NCBI GenBank assembly: GCA_964057225.1
Contig: OZ059896.1
Coordinates: forward strand, 8,432,001 to 8,496,000
Length of the DNA stretch: 64,000 nucleotides
Direction of reading: 5' to 3'
From: Auanema rhodensis
Taxonomy: Eukaryota; Animalia; Nematoda
How positions within the stretch are numbered: the stretch's first letter is position 1; every line of letters starts with the position of its first letter. The position numbers and the translations under genes were made by a program. This document shows positions 26,601-41,062 of the stretch, piece by piece. A model generated the notes under the pieces. The model searched no databases, was not told the DNA's origin, and worked only from the letters and a program-made list of their open reading frames with translations.

Positions 26601-29600
26601 GAATAAAAAGTTAATTAATACATATTGGAGTTTTTGTTTATTTTTCTAATCTGCTATACATCAGACTATCTCTCATTCTCAAACATTGCTCTCTTTGCAA
26701 TCTGTTTATAAACTATTTGTTTTACTATGTTTATAACCTTATTCTTTTGAATCCTCTATTTTCTCACCTTGTTTTATTATTTATCTTTCCGTTTTTTTTT
26801 CTGTTTTTTCTTTGCTTTATTTGCATTTTATCATCGTGTGCCTTTGATCGTAGCAAATCATCCTCATCATATCGGATTAATACTATTTGTATTTTCATTA
26901 AAATACTTATATAACTTATAGTTTAAAGTAATTTTAAGTAAAGCAAAGATTGTATTTTTTATATTTTTATTGTTTTTTATTTGAAATTATTCAAATTTAC
27001 AATAGTTTTATCCAAAAGTTTTGATGTTACCTTATGATGATGTTGTATCTACTATCCTAACATTCATTATTGTCTGTTTAACCTTTCATTATCTTCACTC
27101 TTTTCATAGATCTCTTATTCCAAATTATATTCTTTTGTTCTTTCAATGTCATTTTGTATTTATTGTTATTCCTAAAAATGATTTCTGTTTCATTTCAGAG
27201 TTAACTATCTCATAAGTAGTTGCTATTACAAACACCTTATACCCATATTTTAAATTTAAATTTGATAAAATCTCTCTCTATCTTATCCAAATATTTTTCA
27301 TTTTTCAAATTCTTTTCTTTTTGTCAGCTTTATTACATGAACCTTTTTGGGTGATTTGATATACTATATTGATTTTATACAAAACTGATAACACTAATTT
27401 TGCCAAAACGCAAATGATCATTGTTTGAATCTTCTTAGTTTTTTTTGTTTCATTTTTCTTTTTGAAATTTTACCCAATTGAGATATTTATATTGAAATCT
27501 TATACCATTTTCTCATCATTATCTAGTTATTTATTCTTCATTTTAGTTCTATTTCCTTACATGGTATTCTTTTCATATTTTATATATCAAGCTACTGCTC
27601 CCGCTTTTGTTCAGTTGACTTTCAAATCAATTTTTTTCAACGAAATATTTTGACTTCTATTCAACTATTCAGACGAAAATCGTTCAAATGTTTTTTTTCT
27701 ATTTTAGTTCTGAAAATCATAAAATAATTTGTTTTCTTTCCAAAATCTTAAACGTTTTCTTATTTTGTGTTGAATTTTTTTATACAAAATGTTATTAATG
27801 CCCCCAGGGCATGATGTAAGTATGCTGTATGCTTAACCATACATCAAGTTTCAGAGTTGTTGAAATGACTCATAGAACATTCATTCACAAGAGACTTCAT
27901 ATGTTTTTGAGTCATTGACCCTCATCGCTCTTTTTCTTTCAATTTGTTCAATTTTCTATAATGTTACTAGATTTATCGTTAACATACTATCGGCGAAAAT
28001 GGCTTTTTAAAAAGAAAAAAAGATTTTTATCGATTCTTTCTAATATTATTTAGTTAGATTTAGTATTATATTCAATATAAACTTATCAGTATTATATGTT
28101 TACTTAGGTTTAGTTATATATTATCTAAGATACATAGTTAAATAGAATTAAGAAGGTTAACGGTCATTAAGATGTACAATCTTTCTATCTTTCTTCTTAG
28201 CCATTATCTTTATAAATGTTGTTTCTTCTTCTTTCTTTATATGTTCACGTGGTTCTTGAATGGTTATAGTAACAGAAGAAAATGAACTATTTTGCTTGTT
28301 TCATTCACAGACATTTCAACTAACTGAAACTGAACTTTTGCCAAAAAAACAATTTCATATCTTCTTTTCTACAACTTCTATTGTTTCTCCTCCACGATTT
28401 CTTCATGATTTTGCAATTTTTGTGAAAGAAGCTCATGCGTTTCATATGTTACTTGGAACTAACTGATGAGAGAAAACTCGATTACTTGTCTCGTACCGTG
28501 TTGGCTTCCGGAAATTCCTGCTCTTGTTATCATTTTGCATTCTTGTTCTTGTTCTATGCCTTTTCATCTCTAGCTTGCTATCCACATTTTTGTTTCTCTG
28601 AAACCTAACAAACCTATTAGACGTGCTCGCCATCTTCATCACGTCGTCCAATCATCTTTCTCCCCCCCCCCCCCCCCTCAACTCTCCTATTCTGTCTTTT
28701 CGTGGGTTGTCTGTGTCAGCTAAAATGAGCCCGGAGCAGTCAAATTATGGAAGTTTGCCCTCGACGAAAAAACGAAAACGATTAGCCCGTCGTCTCATAG
28801 CTTGTCTTCTGCATTGTTCGGTACAACCTGCTAACCGATCTAGGTCTTCGTGTGAAGAAGAAGCATATGCGACGTCTACAACTGCGACGGGCACTAGATC
28901 ACCAAAGTCAGCGTTACAACTCGCCTGTTCGTCCATAATACCGGCAACTGCCAGTGCGGTACGCAGAACGACCCCTGCTTCGGATTCGTCTAACATAACC
29001 TGTCGATCATCAGCTGCAAAACACCATCTTCATCAGCTGTGTTCTTGCTGGGTTGGATATTCCAAGTCTGTCACCCAAATGCCAAAACGTCATCTGAAGT
29101 TGTTTCGCCGATTATGGCACTCCGTTGATGAATCAGGTATAGGAAACACTAGCTTTTGAGAAAACATATTGAATGAGTAGTACTATCAAATAGTATGGAG
29201 CAAAACTGAAGACACATTCAAGATAATCTGGTCTTCAAAAGCTCTTTTCTCCGGATTGTATCTTCAATTCTGAAAATCGTCTGATGTATTATGAGGATTT
29301 TTGTTGTTCGTTTTCATTTTCTTCACGTCGTCCGTCTGGCTTAGCTGATGTTTTTCATTTGGACACTTGTAAACAAGCCTTTCACTCATATTCGTTGATT
29401 CAATGTCTTTCTACCTCTTCATAATTGCTGTTATTTCGTACGTGATTCGAGCCTATGCAATCTGATAAGCATCATGTCGCCCTCGGTTATACATGATTTT
29501 ACCGCTGGCCTAGATCTAAAAGAACAGCCTTTCGTCTTTCTTTCCTCAGTCTATTTACCCTTCTCTCCATGTAAATCTCAAATTTTCTCTTTCTCTCTCT

Positions 29601-29606
29601 CCCTCC

Positions 29607-29638
<32 letters not shown>

Positions 29639-30680
29639 ACTTTTTTCATCCTCTTCTCCTTGTTCTAATTGCGTACCTTGTTTTCCTCACCTTACATGTG
29701 CATGTATGAAGTAAACGGTATGGCTGTCACATTGAATACTTAAGTTCTAAGTTGTATTAAGATTGTATTACGATGCCAACGTATAGATTCTTGCTTCTCT
29801 TCACATAGTTTATTATACTTTCATATATGATTCTGATCGTTCCTGCCTTCCAGAATTTTGAGCTTGTTTTCACCCGGAAATCATCTTGAAAATTCCTTTT
29901 GTCTCAAGTACCTAATTTCATTTTATTTTTGAATATTCTTGTAACCTCTGTCTAAGCCTATTACATCAGAGATTGAATGTTGTGAATTTTTTTTTGTATG
30001 TCGTATTTCCATACCATATGGTTCTTTGAGACGTTGTGAATATTCTTTATCGAAACGAACTGCTTTTGTGTCCTCATATTCGATTCTCAGATGAATGGAT
30101 AGAAAAGAAAAAAAAAAGAAAATTAATTCACAACTCATTTCATATTTCTCATTGTCTTCTTATATTTCTTTTTCTTTCTTTAACATCTATTTGTACAGTT
30201 AATTTTAAATTTTTATTATAATTAATGTAAATATTATATATTATATATATATAGTAAACGTTTAAAACTATAGATTCTTCTTTTTTTTCCATATAATGAA
30301 TCATAACATTTGATCTCTCCTCACAATATAGTCTCTGTTATCATCAACTTCATTTTTGATTTTTTATGGACAAAAATGTTGAATGCTATTTGAAATTCAA
30401 ATTGCTCTCTTCTCATTCGAAGTACACTTTACTTCCTGTCAAGGGATTTTCTAAGACATTTTTGATCACTAATGCTCATCTATTGGTTGCCGTTTAAAAG
30501 CATTTTCCTATCACATTTTTCAATCACAGTTTGAGTTTTGTTTGGAAACACAAAACTTTAAAAACTTGGCTTGTTTTACTGTAATATCTCATTTTACTCT
30601 ACTGTAACATCATTGTATATACTTTGTTAAATCATTTAGCTTATTCATAGGATGAATTTGAAATGATTCAGATTGTTTCA

Positions 30681-30758
<78 letters not shown>

Positions 30759-33700
30759 CTCTATTATATATTGAGAGATGGCAGCTTAACTGCAGTCGGA
30801 TCATAGTAAGGTCTTACTCCTCTTGTGCCGTCTGATTACAGTTCTTCTTTCACGACCTTATGCTATATGTATGTGACCATATTAAGCATCTAATCTGTTG
30901 ACATAAGCTATTCATTCTGAATCATTTCCCTGCCTCATATATCTTTCTCATTCTTTTTTTCGTACTTTTCTCTCTCTTTCTCTCTCTCTCTCTCTCTGTC
31001 CCTCTCTCTTCTATTTTCATTTCCTTTTCTTTCTCTTCAACTATATATAACAATTTTGTATTTTATTATCATATTCATGAAGAGTTTTCCTCTGCTTTTG
31101 TGTTCAAATTTCAATCATTTTTATATTTATTTTTACAAAAAAATGGAAACAATCATTCTTTACGATATTTATATTTATAAATATATTAATAATTTTATAA
31201 ACTATATATTTTTCTTTACTTCATCATGATTCATTTAATGTTTTTCTTTTTAAATTCCGATAATTTTTTTCAAACTAATCATCAAATGAAATTGAACGAT
31301 TTTCTATAACCACTTGAAACAAACATCATTCACTTTATAAATTACATCAAACTACTTTTCTATTTATATATATTCTTCTATTCTATATTTTCTTTTAGTA
31401 AACAAATTATTTTAATTATATATATATATAGAATTATTTTTAAAATACTTTTATTTTACTTATATAAACACAAATTATAATATTTCCTTAATCTCACATG
31501 TCATAATTAACATATCCATGTGAAAATTCTTTGGATCTCTGACTAAAAAGTTGTCGGCTTCATCATAGGAATGATTATCATTCCATTTTCTCCTTTAGTT
31601 CTCAACAAACAAACATCTGGCCCATTTCTTTTTTCGCTTTTCGGCTTGATCTTCAAGTAGGTTCCATTGGCAAATGTTCATTCACCCTTTCTCTCCCTAT
31701 CTATCTCTCTCCCCCTCTCTCTCTCTCTCTCTCTTCCACACACTCTTTATCTTATTATCTGTCGCTTATTCTTTATTATTATTTCTTTCATGCTTAGGTT
31801 ATACAGTCCGATAGTTTCTTTCCGCTTTTTTAATTTGCTTTAAACTGCTTTTTTTCCATTATGTTGCTGTTATCATATTTCTATAATAATTTATTCTTTA
31901 TTTAAATTATAAACAATGCTTAAATTATATTTTTATTTAAAAATTAAATAATATTTAAATGTTTTTCTACTTATTATCATACGTTTTCTTATTTCGCCGC
32001 ATCATTCCAGGTCATCTATACGGCACGCCCCGTCCATTGGACGATACAGGAGAGCCCAAACAGTCGGAACTACCACAGACAGCCGTCCAGAACGATCCAA
32101 AACAGCAGATGGTTGCTAGTGCTCGAACTATGATAGGCCCTCTTCCGCCAAACTGGGAAATAGGTTATGCGGAAAATGGCGAGAAATACTTTATCGAGTA
32201 TGTTTTATTTGATTTTTATGAAAAAACAATTGGGGGAAAGTAGGGGGGGGGTGGGGTAATCATAATTAGTTTTGTTTACTAAATTCCAAAACAATTGAAA
32301 CTATGATATACTTTGAAGAATATAATTCTTTTTTTGTTCATTTTTTTGATGAAAAATCATTTCAAAAATACAAATAAACAAAATTTATTATTCTCTAATT
32401 GGCTTGAATAAGTCTATATTCTAGTGTGAGACAGCTCAACTGGTTGCTTTTTTTTCTTTTCGTTTTTAGAAATGGTTTTTCTTGAAAATTCACAAACTTG
32501 TTAGCAAAATCGTATAGCTCATTTTTCTTCTTAATGATTTTTTTGACTTAAGTCATAACACTGGAACAACGACCTGGGATGATCCACGAACATTACCAGA
32601 TGGTTGGGAGCAAGTTCAAGATCCTGAATATGGGGTATTTTATGTCGAGTAAGTTTTGATTATTTTATATAAAATATTGAAGATTATTCGGAAATATTAT
32701 ATTTTAAAACTTCAAAAATCTTTTTGTTCCTCTCATTTTAACACATCTAATCGGAAATTCTCAGTCAATTTGTCATATTTTCACCTGGCATGTCATCAGA
32801 TTATGATAAATCTGTTGCATTGTAGCCAGTTGCGATATCTTTCTTCAAGTTTGAAGTTGAAAAAGTTGATGCATTTTTCAATTAACCTCACATTATTGTG
32901 CTATATGGTCAATATAGCTTAATATGGTTAACTATATTGATTATTATATAGTTTATCAGCTCTTTTCTTATCGAATACTATGTTATATGTTGACACTACA
33001 AATATAGATATTGAAGATACACAACTTATTATTCAAGAAATGTTTGGCTCATTTTTTTCTTATGTTTGCTGTATCAGCTTTTCTCATCCATTTACATGAA
33101 ACTGAAAGCCGATTTGAGCTCAGAATATATGGCTTCAAGCATGAAACGAAAACGAGGAGTATGACGTTGCTCCGCCTCCTGAATGCTCTATTGATCCCCT
33201 CCCACATCCCCTTCGGCTATGTGTTAGTGTGTCCGGGCCATCCAGGCCAGACGACTTTATTCTTTATCTTTTCTATCCTGACTACTAACGGAAGATCATT
33301 CAAACTATTCACAATCGACTCATATGACAACTGAGACCAAATGTCTTTGTCAGTTTTGAGTTGATGGTCACGTTAGACATTAAAACTCTACCTTCTTCCC
33401 ACTTTTACTTCTGGTATTTGAAAGCCTTTCACATCCTTACAGGAAAGTACTAAAGAATTGTGAGAATTCATCTGACTTCCACATCGCTGTGTTCGTTGTC
33501 AAAACCGTGCACGCTGCTACGGCATATCGGATGCATGATACAGCTTGTAAAGCTTCTGCTTCCGGCACATCCAAATCTTCTGATGTCACATCTGGAGCAC
33601 AACTAATTACTGATGTCATTTATTTTAAGCCGTCTATAACGGCTGTTTCTGCAGTTGCACCTACTTCAACTGGAACATCGACTCCGACACCAGCTCCCAC

Positions 33701-36700
33701 CCATAGTGTCACCTTTTCCCCACCATCTCTAGCATCTTCATCAGACGATGCTAACCGAGAAGACGAGTTAACTGTTACATATTCTGATGCTCAAACGGCA
33801 ACAGCCGATGATCATGAAGAACTTCTGAAACATAGACGACGAGTGTTAGTATTTTCCGAGCTTACAATAGACAAGTTTTAAACATAACCTAAAAACTTTT
33901 AAACCTAAAACTTTAAATATTAGCATAAATAAAACAAATAATAGAAAAATTTGGTTTTTAGCCATGTTCATCGTCGAACGCAATATGAACATCCATCATT
34001 GACAACTCCAGCATCTGCAAATAGATATGATCATCCAGCTGCTCCATCGTTTCAATTCAATACTACCTTAGCTAGAGTGAGCATTTAAAATTTTTTAATT
34101 ATTCATATATTGATATCTATCTATCTATATATAGTTTATTTATTTACTTATATATGAATATATATAATTTAAGAAGAGTTATTTGCAGACAAGCAACAAT
34201 GGCCATGTCAGACATTCACCGAATTCTAACTATTCCATTCCAAATGGAAGTTTACCAAATGAATATTATTTTACTCGTGATCCTAATCAATTAAAGGTTA
34301 AAATTATAATAAAAATTTATTTTATATACTTAACACATAATAATTTACATTAATTTTCTTTCAGGGAGATCTGATTACAACAACAATTATTAAAGGACCT
34401 AAAGGTCTTGGCTTTACCCTGATTGGAAACGATGCATCTAGTAATGGTGATGAATTCATTCAGGTTAGTTATTTCGTTTAGTTAGAATGGAAAAGAGATT
34501 GTTTCATAAATTTAATTGAAAAAAATTAATTTAAAATTGAATGAATGCTCGTTCAACATTCTCAAATCTTCCAGAATCTGTGCTAGGCAATTTTGAATGA
34601 AAAGAAATGAGTGAATAACATCTGAACATCTGCGCTTTTCTACCCTATTTTGTTAGTAACATCAGCTTTAGTCGCATGAAACAGCCTTTTTTTGAAAATA
34701 TTTTGATGACTACTACATCATTTGTCTCGATTACTTTTCTGCGATCATGAGAATTCTGATTCTCATGGGGAGTCAGAAAAGGATAATCGACTTTCCATCT
34801 ATCGATCTGTGACCTCTCCAGAGTCACAAAAGCTAAAGCCGAGTAAGCTGCTCAAACCGATAATGGACTTGAAGCTGCTGCAACTGCTTGGCCAGCTCTC
34901 CAGGCGCGATGAGACTGGAGGTCTGACTGAATGAAGTCGAAACTGAAAGTTCATAAGAAAGATTGCATTCGGGCGATGAATGAATTCAAATTGAAGCTGG
35001 CCAAGCTACTAGTCTGAACTGACTGACTGGCTTAGATAACAACCAAGAAATCACATAGACGATTTCAGCGGCCTCATTTCTGTTGTCTGCTAACTTCTAA
35101 ACTCTTCAATGAATCAGTGTCATGTAATTGGGTCGTCTGTGTGTTTTTTGTACTTTCACAGAGAGAAAGACTAGAAGTTTCTTTGGCTTGTCAAGTTTTT
35201 TAAACTTCGAATAGAGGGGATTAGACTCAACAAATTCGTTTTTTCAGTTCCTGTTCTTTAGCTTCTTGATATCTGTTGAGTTTCATTTTCGGGATTAGCT
35301 GTCATTGGCATCTCTTCAATACGAAGTTTGCCGTTCGAACGAGTTTTTCGATTTCTGCTAGCATTTATCTTAAGACTTGTAAGAAATTTGAAAAGTAGTT
35401 ATCCATTATTATTTGGACACCGAATTTCTCTTTTATTCTTTTGTTTCAATAGATTTGTTTTTGGAAATATGGAACACTGCTAAAGAATACAGAAGATGTA
35501 AAAGGGGAAGGGGATGGCTGGAAACAAATGTCATATAAATTAATGTACATTTAGTAATTATATGAGTATATTATACTATATATATATATATTAGTTTATT
35601 TAACTATTCAACTTGTTAATATATCCAATACTAGTTAATTTTTTGTATGAATTTCAAAACAAATGCCCTATTTTCTGATTCACTTTTTCCAATTTTCCGA
35701 ATAAGTCGTTAAGCAAAGGACAACTGCTTTAGCCATACTCGTTCGACTTTAAAAATGTCTGTTTTCATTGAAAAGCTATTATGGAAAGAAACATAGAAAG
35801 TGAATATGAAAGAAGCTGGATGTTAGTTTATGTGTGAATTGAAAAGGATATAGGGATCCTTTGGAGTAAGACTGTGCTATGAACTGAATTCTATGTTGGA
35901 AGCATGACTTCAAACGTTTCTTAGGGATATAACACAATAACTAAGAAAAAAAAAGTTTTAAATCAATATTTATATTGTTTTTGAATAAATTCTCTTATAT
36001 AGTATATAAAGCTGTACTTTACATATCATTATATAAGAATAGAAAAAAGTAAATATTCATCTATATTCTCTATCAATTGAAATTTTTTTAGTCAATATTC
36101 AATTATTATACAACTTGATTTTTCATTGTTATATTCGGAAAAACATTAAGAAAATATATTCATTTTTAGTTGTTTATGTGACATTTATAGAAAAAAAACG
36201 TAAAAGATGTGGATGTAAGAGTTTCTTTAAAAACATGGAAAGCTTTTTCCATCTCCTCTTTTTCCCTCTCTCTCTCTCTATTTCTCTCTCTTTCTCTCTG
36301 TCTCACGCTCTCTCTCTCTATTTCTCTTTTTCGTTCTAACTTTATTCGTCCTATCTCTACCCGTTTATCTAGCTATTTATCTATCTTTATCTCTCTCTCC
36401 GTTTTGAAATGGTCCAAGCTCAAACTATTTGAAATTTCTAACTCAATTTCCAGCTTATTCGGACATTTTTATAAAAGCATAGATGTGATTACCGGATTTG
36501 TGTAGACTTACTATATTTTTGAAAAAAAAAAAAGAAGAGAAAGTTAAAAAGAAATATTTTGATAATGAATGGAAAAAATATAATATATGTAATAAGGATA
36601 TATATAAAGTATACAATATTTATAACTAACTATATGACTTACATAAAAGGTTATAAGTTCTCTTGTACTATTTATGTATAATGTAGAAGCTTGTACTATA

Positions 36701-37738
36701 AGCTTATTGTTTGAAAAGGGATTTTTTCTTCAATAATCTAACGAATTTGTTCAATTTTTGAATTTAATTAATTAAAAATTTATTTTAAATATAAATTTTA
36801 ATATATAATATCTATAGAATATATATATATTTATCAAGCTTTCATCTTTGCAGGTCAAATCTATATTGCCTGGAGGACCTGCTGCAGATAATGGACAACT
36901 TAAACCTGGAGACATTTTGGTTCGGGTTAACGGTCAAATTCTGCTCGGAGCGTCGCAGTCAGAAGCTTGTCGCGTTTTTCTCAACATTGCCGTGGGTGAT
37001 CCCGTAGCTATTCAAGTCTGTCGAGGATATCCATTGTTACAAGATCCTTCACATCGAGTAAGTATTCATATTTAGCAATAACTTTGTTGATTTTGTTTGT
37101 CTTTTCTGTTCTGTATTTCTCTCATCTTTCCTCACATTTTTTCCTTTTCTCTCTCAGATTATTACTGAAAATGCTCATACAATGCAGAAATCTCAACGTG
37201 ATTTTATGGAAATTGACATCTACAAGGGAGCGGATGGTTTTGGATTTACAATTGCTGATAGTGCTCAGGTAATAACTTATTTTGATTACAAATCATATTG
37301 AAAATCATAAATTTACATGAATTAAACTTATATTTACAGGGACAACGTGTCAAAAAAATTCTTTACCCATCCCAATGTCCAAACTTGATGGAAGGAGATA
37401 CTATTGTTGAATTAGATGGACGCAATATGCGCTCAATTCCACATCAGCAATTAGTTGATATGTTACGTGAATGTCCTGTCGGTCATCGTGGACGCTTAGT
37501 AGTTCGTCGTAGTTCTCCTAAACATAGGTATGACTTATGATTGATCATCGATAAAAAAGATTTTTTTGTCGTTTTGGAGGGGTGGGGAGGGGGGGGGAGG
37601 AGATGAAAACAGTTGTTCTCACACTGTATACTGGCACCTAATCACTGTTGTATACTAACAAAGCCTAATGTTATACATTGAACACAAATCTTATTAAGGT
37701 AAAGACAAAGATGAATAATGAAAAAATAGAAATAAAGC

Positions 37739-37789
<51 letters not shown>

Positions 37790-40700
37790 GAAAAAAACGG
37801 AATATAAGCGATATTTTAATCTTCACTTTACGAAATATTTCAAACAAAGGTTTTAAATGATAAATTAAAATAAAATGCGTTTTTTTCTATTTTCATGTCA
37901 AACAAGATGAAGGTAAGTTTGTCTAGATGATGATGACGACGTAAGTATGTATTGACTTTTCGATGTGATTAAAGATTTGATCAATGTCAATTTGAGTAGC
38001 TGGTCTAGCTAGATCTGACAGAGACAAGCCTTCGTTCCCATATTACTATAATTGATTACAGTTATACATAGTTTAAATAACAATATATAGTTAATAATAT
38101 GTATAATTATAATTATTGAAATATATTTCTTTGAAATGCTTATACTATTTGCATAGTATACAATCAGTCAATATTTAATAATATTCTTTTCCTTTTTTTT
38201 ATAGTTTATAGCATATACTATACATATATTCAGATCTCGTACTCCAACAGCAGCGTTCCGTTACGGCGAACAGCAACGTACAACACCTTTACCAGTTGTA
38301 GCACCACGATCTAAGACTCCAGCTCCAAATCAAAGAGAATCACAGATACCAGATCATCCTGTTAACGGAGGAACGGATATGGTAAACAACAACAGCAACA
38401 ATAAGCCATCATACTATTCAAGACCATCTACACTTCAACGCGTAAGTATACATATTTACATTGATTCAATGTTTAATTAAGACGAAATGAAGATAGTAAT
38501 TGATTTCAGCAAGCTCCGCTACCAGATGACTCCAACTATCGCATGCGCTCTTCATCGACAACGCTTGGCTTTGCCACCACGCCCAATTACATGCCATTGA
38601 GTTCATTCCAAACGGATCTCATTACAGTCAACCTGATTCGAAAACCGAAAGGATTTGGTTTCCGCCTTCTTGGTGGAAGTGAGGTACAGCTTTTCAACCA
38701 CAGAGGTTTTATGAAGTATTAACTCTAATTCAATTCAGACAAATACTATGCTCACTGTAGGACAACTTGTAATAGGAGGTGCTGCAAATGAAGATGGACG
38801 ATTATCAGAAGGAGATGAAATCATGGAAGTGAGTTGTTTTTTTCTTCTTCACCACAAACAATTTTAATTTTTATTATTATTATTCTTAAATTTCAGATTG
38901 ATGGACATAACGTTGAGAGAGCTAGTCATTCAGAAGCCGTAGCATTATTGGAGCAAGCTGCTCGTAATAGCCATGTGAAAATGGTTGTTCGTAGACCAAA
39001 GGCAGAAATTCCACAATCACAGTCGATTCATTCAACTACGACCGTTGGTCAAAGTTCAGAAGATGAGTTCGACGTTGTGCTCAATCGACATGATACTGAT
39101 GGATTCGGTTTCATCATCCTCTCTTCACTACATCGAAATGGATCAACAATAGGACAAATTCTTGAAAATTCACCTGCTGCTCGAAGTGGAAAGTTAAAAG
39201 TTGGAGATCGTGTAGTAGCTGTTAATGGAATCGATATATTGAATATGAGTCATGGTGATATTGTGAATCTTATTAAGGTAATATATAGTTTATATAAAAT
39301 AATAAAATAATATGTATACTTGTAGACATCTGGTCATTCGGTTCGATTGAGTATAATGCCTTCTACAGAAGCACCACTAGCTACAAGTACTTTGAATCGA
39401 CCAGCAATGAATGGACCACCATCATTCAAGCCATCAAACTATTCAACTGTATGTTTTTCATTTTAACATCTTCTATTTCTTATTTTTATAGTTACCATCA
39501 TCCAATTATGCAACTTATGCTACACTTCCTAATACTGGAAACGGAATCTATTCTGATTACAGTCGTCCGAAAATCGTGTCTGTAGCTCCTGGACAAGGAC
39601 TTGTTCCATCATATCATCAGACTCAACAGAAATTCGGAACAATGTCTCTAACAGAGCAGGTACGATAGCATACGATACTCTGTTTAAAAAATTTAAAATA
39701 AAAAGGAAAATCATGTTTTCTGTCGATTGTTTTCGTTCACTTTCTGTGTTAAAATGCTAAATATTCACTTATTCATGCCACTCAATCACAGCACATTCTT
39801 TGATTTTTATGTTTTGTTTTTGGAAATTTCTATGAACAAAAATCCATCTATGTCACAGTTTTTGTCTAATATTCATGTTTTTGCTGTATTTAGCATGTAT
39901 TTCTATTGAAATTCATGTCATTTCTGTCACTAAAAACACATCTCTCTCTCTCTTATTATGCTTTCTTAATGCTTAATACCATCTTTGTGCTCTTCCCCTG
40001 TTGTCTTTTGTCATGGCACATTTCAGCAAATATCTTCAAGTACTACTGCACGTACACCTTCATTTTCGCTTCGTCATATGCAGAGTAGTGCTGATTCCTT
40101 GGTACGCCTTCTGGAATCCAGCTCTACATTGGAACGCTACACAGAGCAGTATGACTTAGATGCCATGATGACATCTATTGATGAGTATGAAGATGACATT
40201 CCATCCATCTCACGCCAACTGCCATCACAGCGTCATCTATGATTCGGTAACATCCCCCTTCCTTCCGAATACCGATGAGATGATGATGAAGTGTAGCGTG
40301 TTCATATAATTTGTCTTGCCATGTGTTTTGGCATTCTTTTTCGCATCTCACATCGTGTCGTCAGCATACTACAAGCACCTATCAGTAACATCAACTTCGG
40401 CTGAGATCACTCAGATTTTTGCTCCTCCACAATACATGTCGGGTTTGTGTCTTTCAAGTCCACTGCTTGCCTATGTGTGATGCCTGACTTTCGTTAGTGT
40501 CTATCTGTGTTTCCCAGTATAATTAGGCGCTGCTTGCTGTTCTTCTAAGTGTTTCTAGTTTGATGTGGCTTGTTACCCAATCTTTTTCTACTTTATTTCT
40601 CACCCCATTATCAGTTTGCATGCTTTTCATTTTCAAATTTTCAATTAGTAACTTTCCCTTTACCAAATACTGTGCTTTTCCGTTTGAGAATCTTACAACT

Positions 40701-41062
40701 TAATTTCGTTCTTTACCTTAAGCATATGTATTACAGGATGGTCCATTGATTAACGTTGAATTAGAACGAGGGAGTCGCGGATTCGGATTTTCTATCCGTG
40801 GTGGCCAAGAATTCGGAGCAATGCCTCTGTTCGTACTTCGTATCGCTGAAGATGGCCCAGCAGCTCTTGACGGTCGACTTCGGGTATGTTATCTTTGAAA
40901 TACAACAAGACCTCAAGCTTATTGTTCAATGTTTAGGTTGGAGATCAGCTAATCGCAATCAATAGTCGTGACACGAAAGGAATGACACACGACGAAGCTA
41001 TTCAGCTTATCAAACAACAACCGATAGTTCGTCTTGCTGTGAGGCGACCCAAAATTCAATGA
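23617..41062 (+). CDS. magi-1: MAGI family scaffold (PDZ0, truncated guanylate kinase, 2 WW, PDZ1-5)
   Basis: Exons: 23617-23799, 24631-24718, 24772-24928, 24976-25059, 25127-25221, 25266-25364, 25440-25559, 32011-32197, 32553-32648, 33962-34076, 34189-34296, 34365-34463, 36854-37057, 37158-37268, 37340-37527, 38234-38441, 38510-38683, 38739-38828, 38897-39277, 39326-39448, 39492-39659, 40737-40883, 40937-41062 (TGA). Motifs: [30 protein letters not shown] (GK); [23 protein letters not shown] and [22 protein letters not shown] (WW); GLGF/GFGF PDZ loops. Confidence 0.95.
28662..28677 (-). repeat. C16 homopolymer (G16 on minus strand; G-quadruplex-capable)
   Basis: Seen directly, ~48 bp upstream of the candidate alternative magi-1 ATG. 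Confidence 0.9.
28725..29136 (+). CDS. magi-1: Candidate alternative first exon of magi-1 (137 aa; replaces PDZ0 and most of GK)
   Basis: GC-richer open frame starting at aaaATG 28725 ([31 protein letters not shown]...) and ending at tcag|gtatag in phase 1, which matches the acceptor at 32011. Confidence 0.65.
30683..30754 (+). repeat. (CT)n microsatellite
   Basis: Seen directly. Confidence 0.95.
33531..33881 (+). CDS. Possible additional alternative exon of magi-1 (Ser/Thr/Pro-rich)
   Basis: Coding-like open frame ([12 protein letters not shown]...[10 protein letters not shown]) in the intron that splits WW2. Only weak phase-2 donors (gttaac, gtttta) could join it to 33962, so the boundaries are uncertain. 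Confidence 0.3.
   Translation: MHDTACKASASGTSKSSDVTSGAQLITDVIYFKPSITAVSAVAPTSTGTSTPTPAPTHSVTFSPPSLASSSDDANREDELTVTYSDAQTATADDHEELLKHRRRVLVFSELTIDKF
37742..37786 (+). repeat. (GA)n microsatellite
   Basis: Seen directly. Confidence 0.95.
40027..40242 (+). CDS. magi-1: Candidate alternative terminal exon of magi-1 (isoform lacking PDZ5)
   Basis: Consensus atttcag acceptor at 40026 in phase 0, matching the donor at 39659. 71 open codons ([13 protein letters not shown]...RQLPSQRHL) end in TGA. Confidence 0.6.
   Translation, partial: QISSSTTARTPSFSLRHMQSSADSLVRLLESSSTLERYTEQYDLDAMMTSIDEYEDDIPSISRQLPSQRHL

Noticed and set aside
34722-34934. 70-aa ORF in a GC-richer patch of a magi-1 intron
   Set aside because: No convincing splice sites or domain; more likely regulatory sequence.
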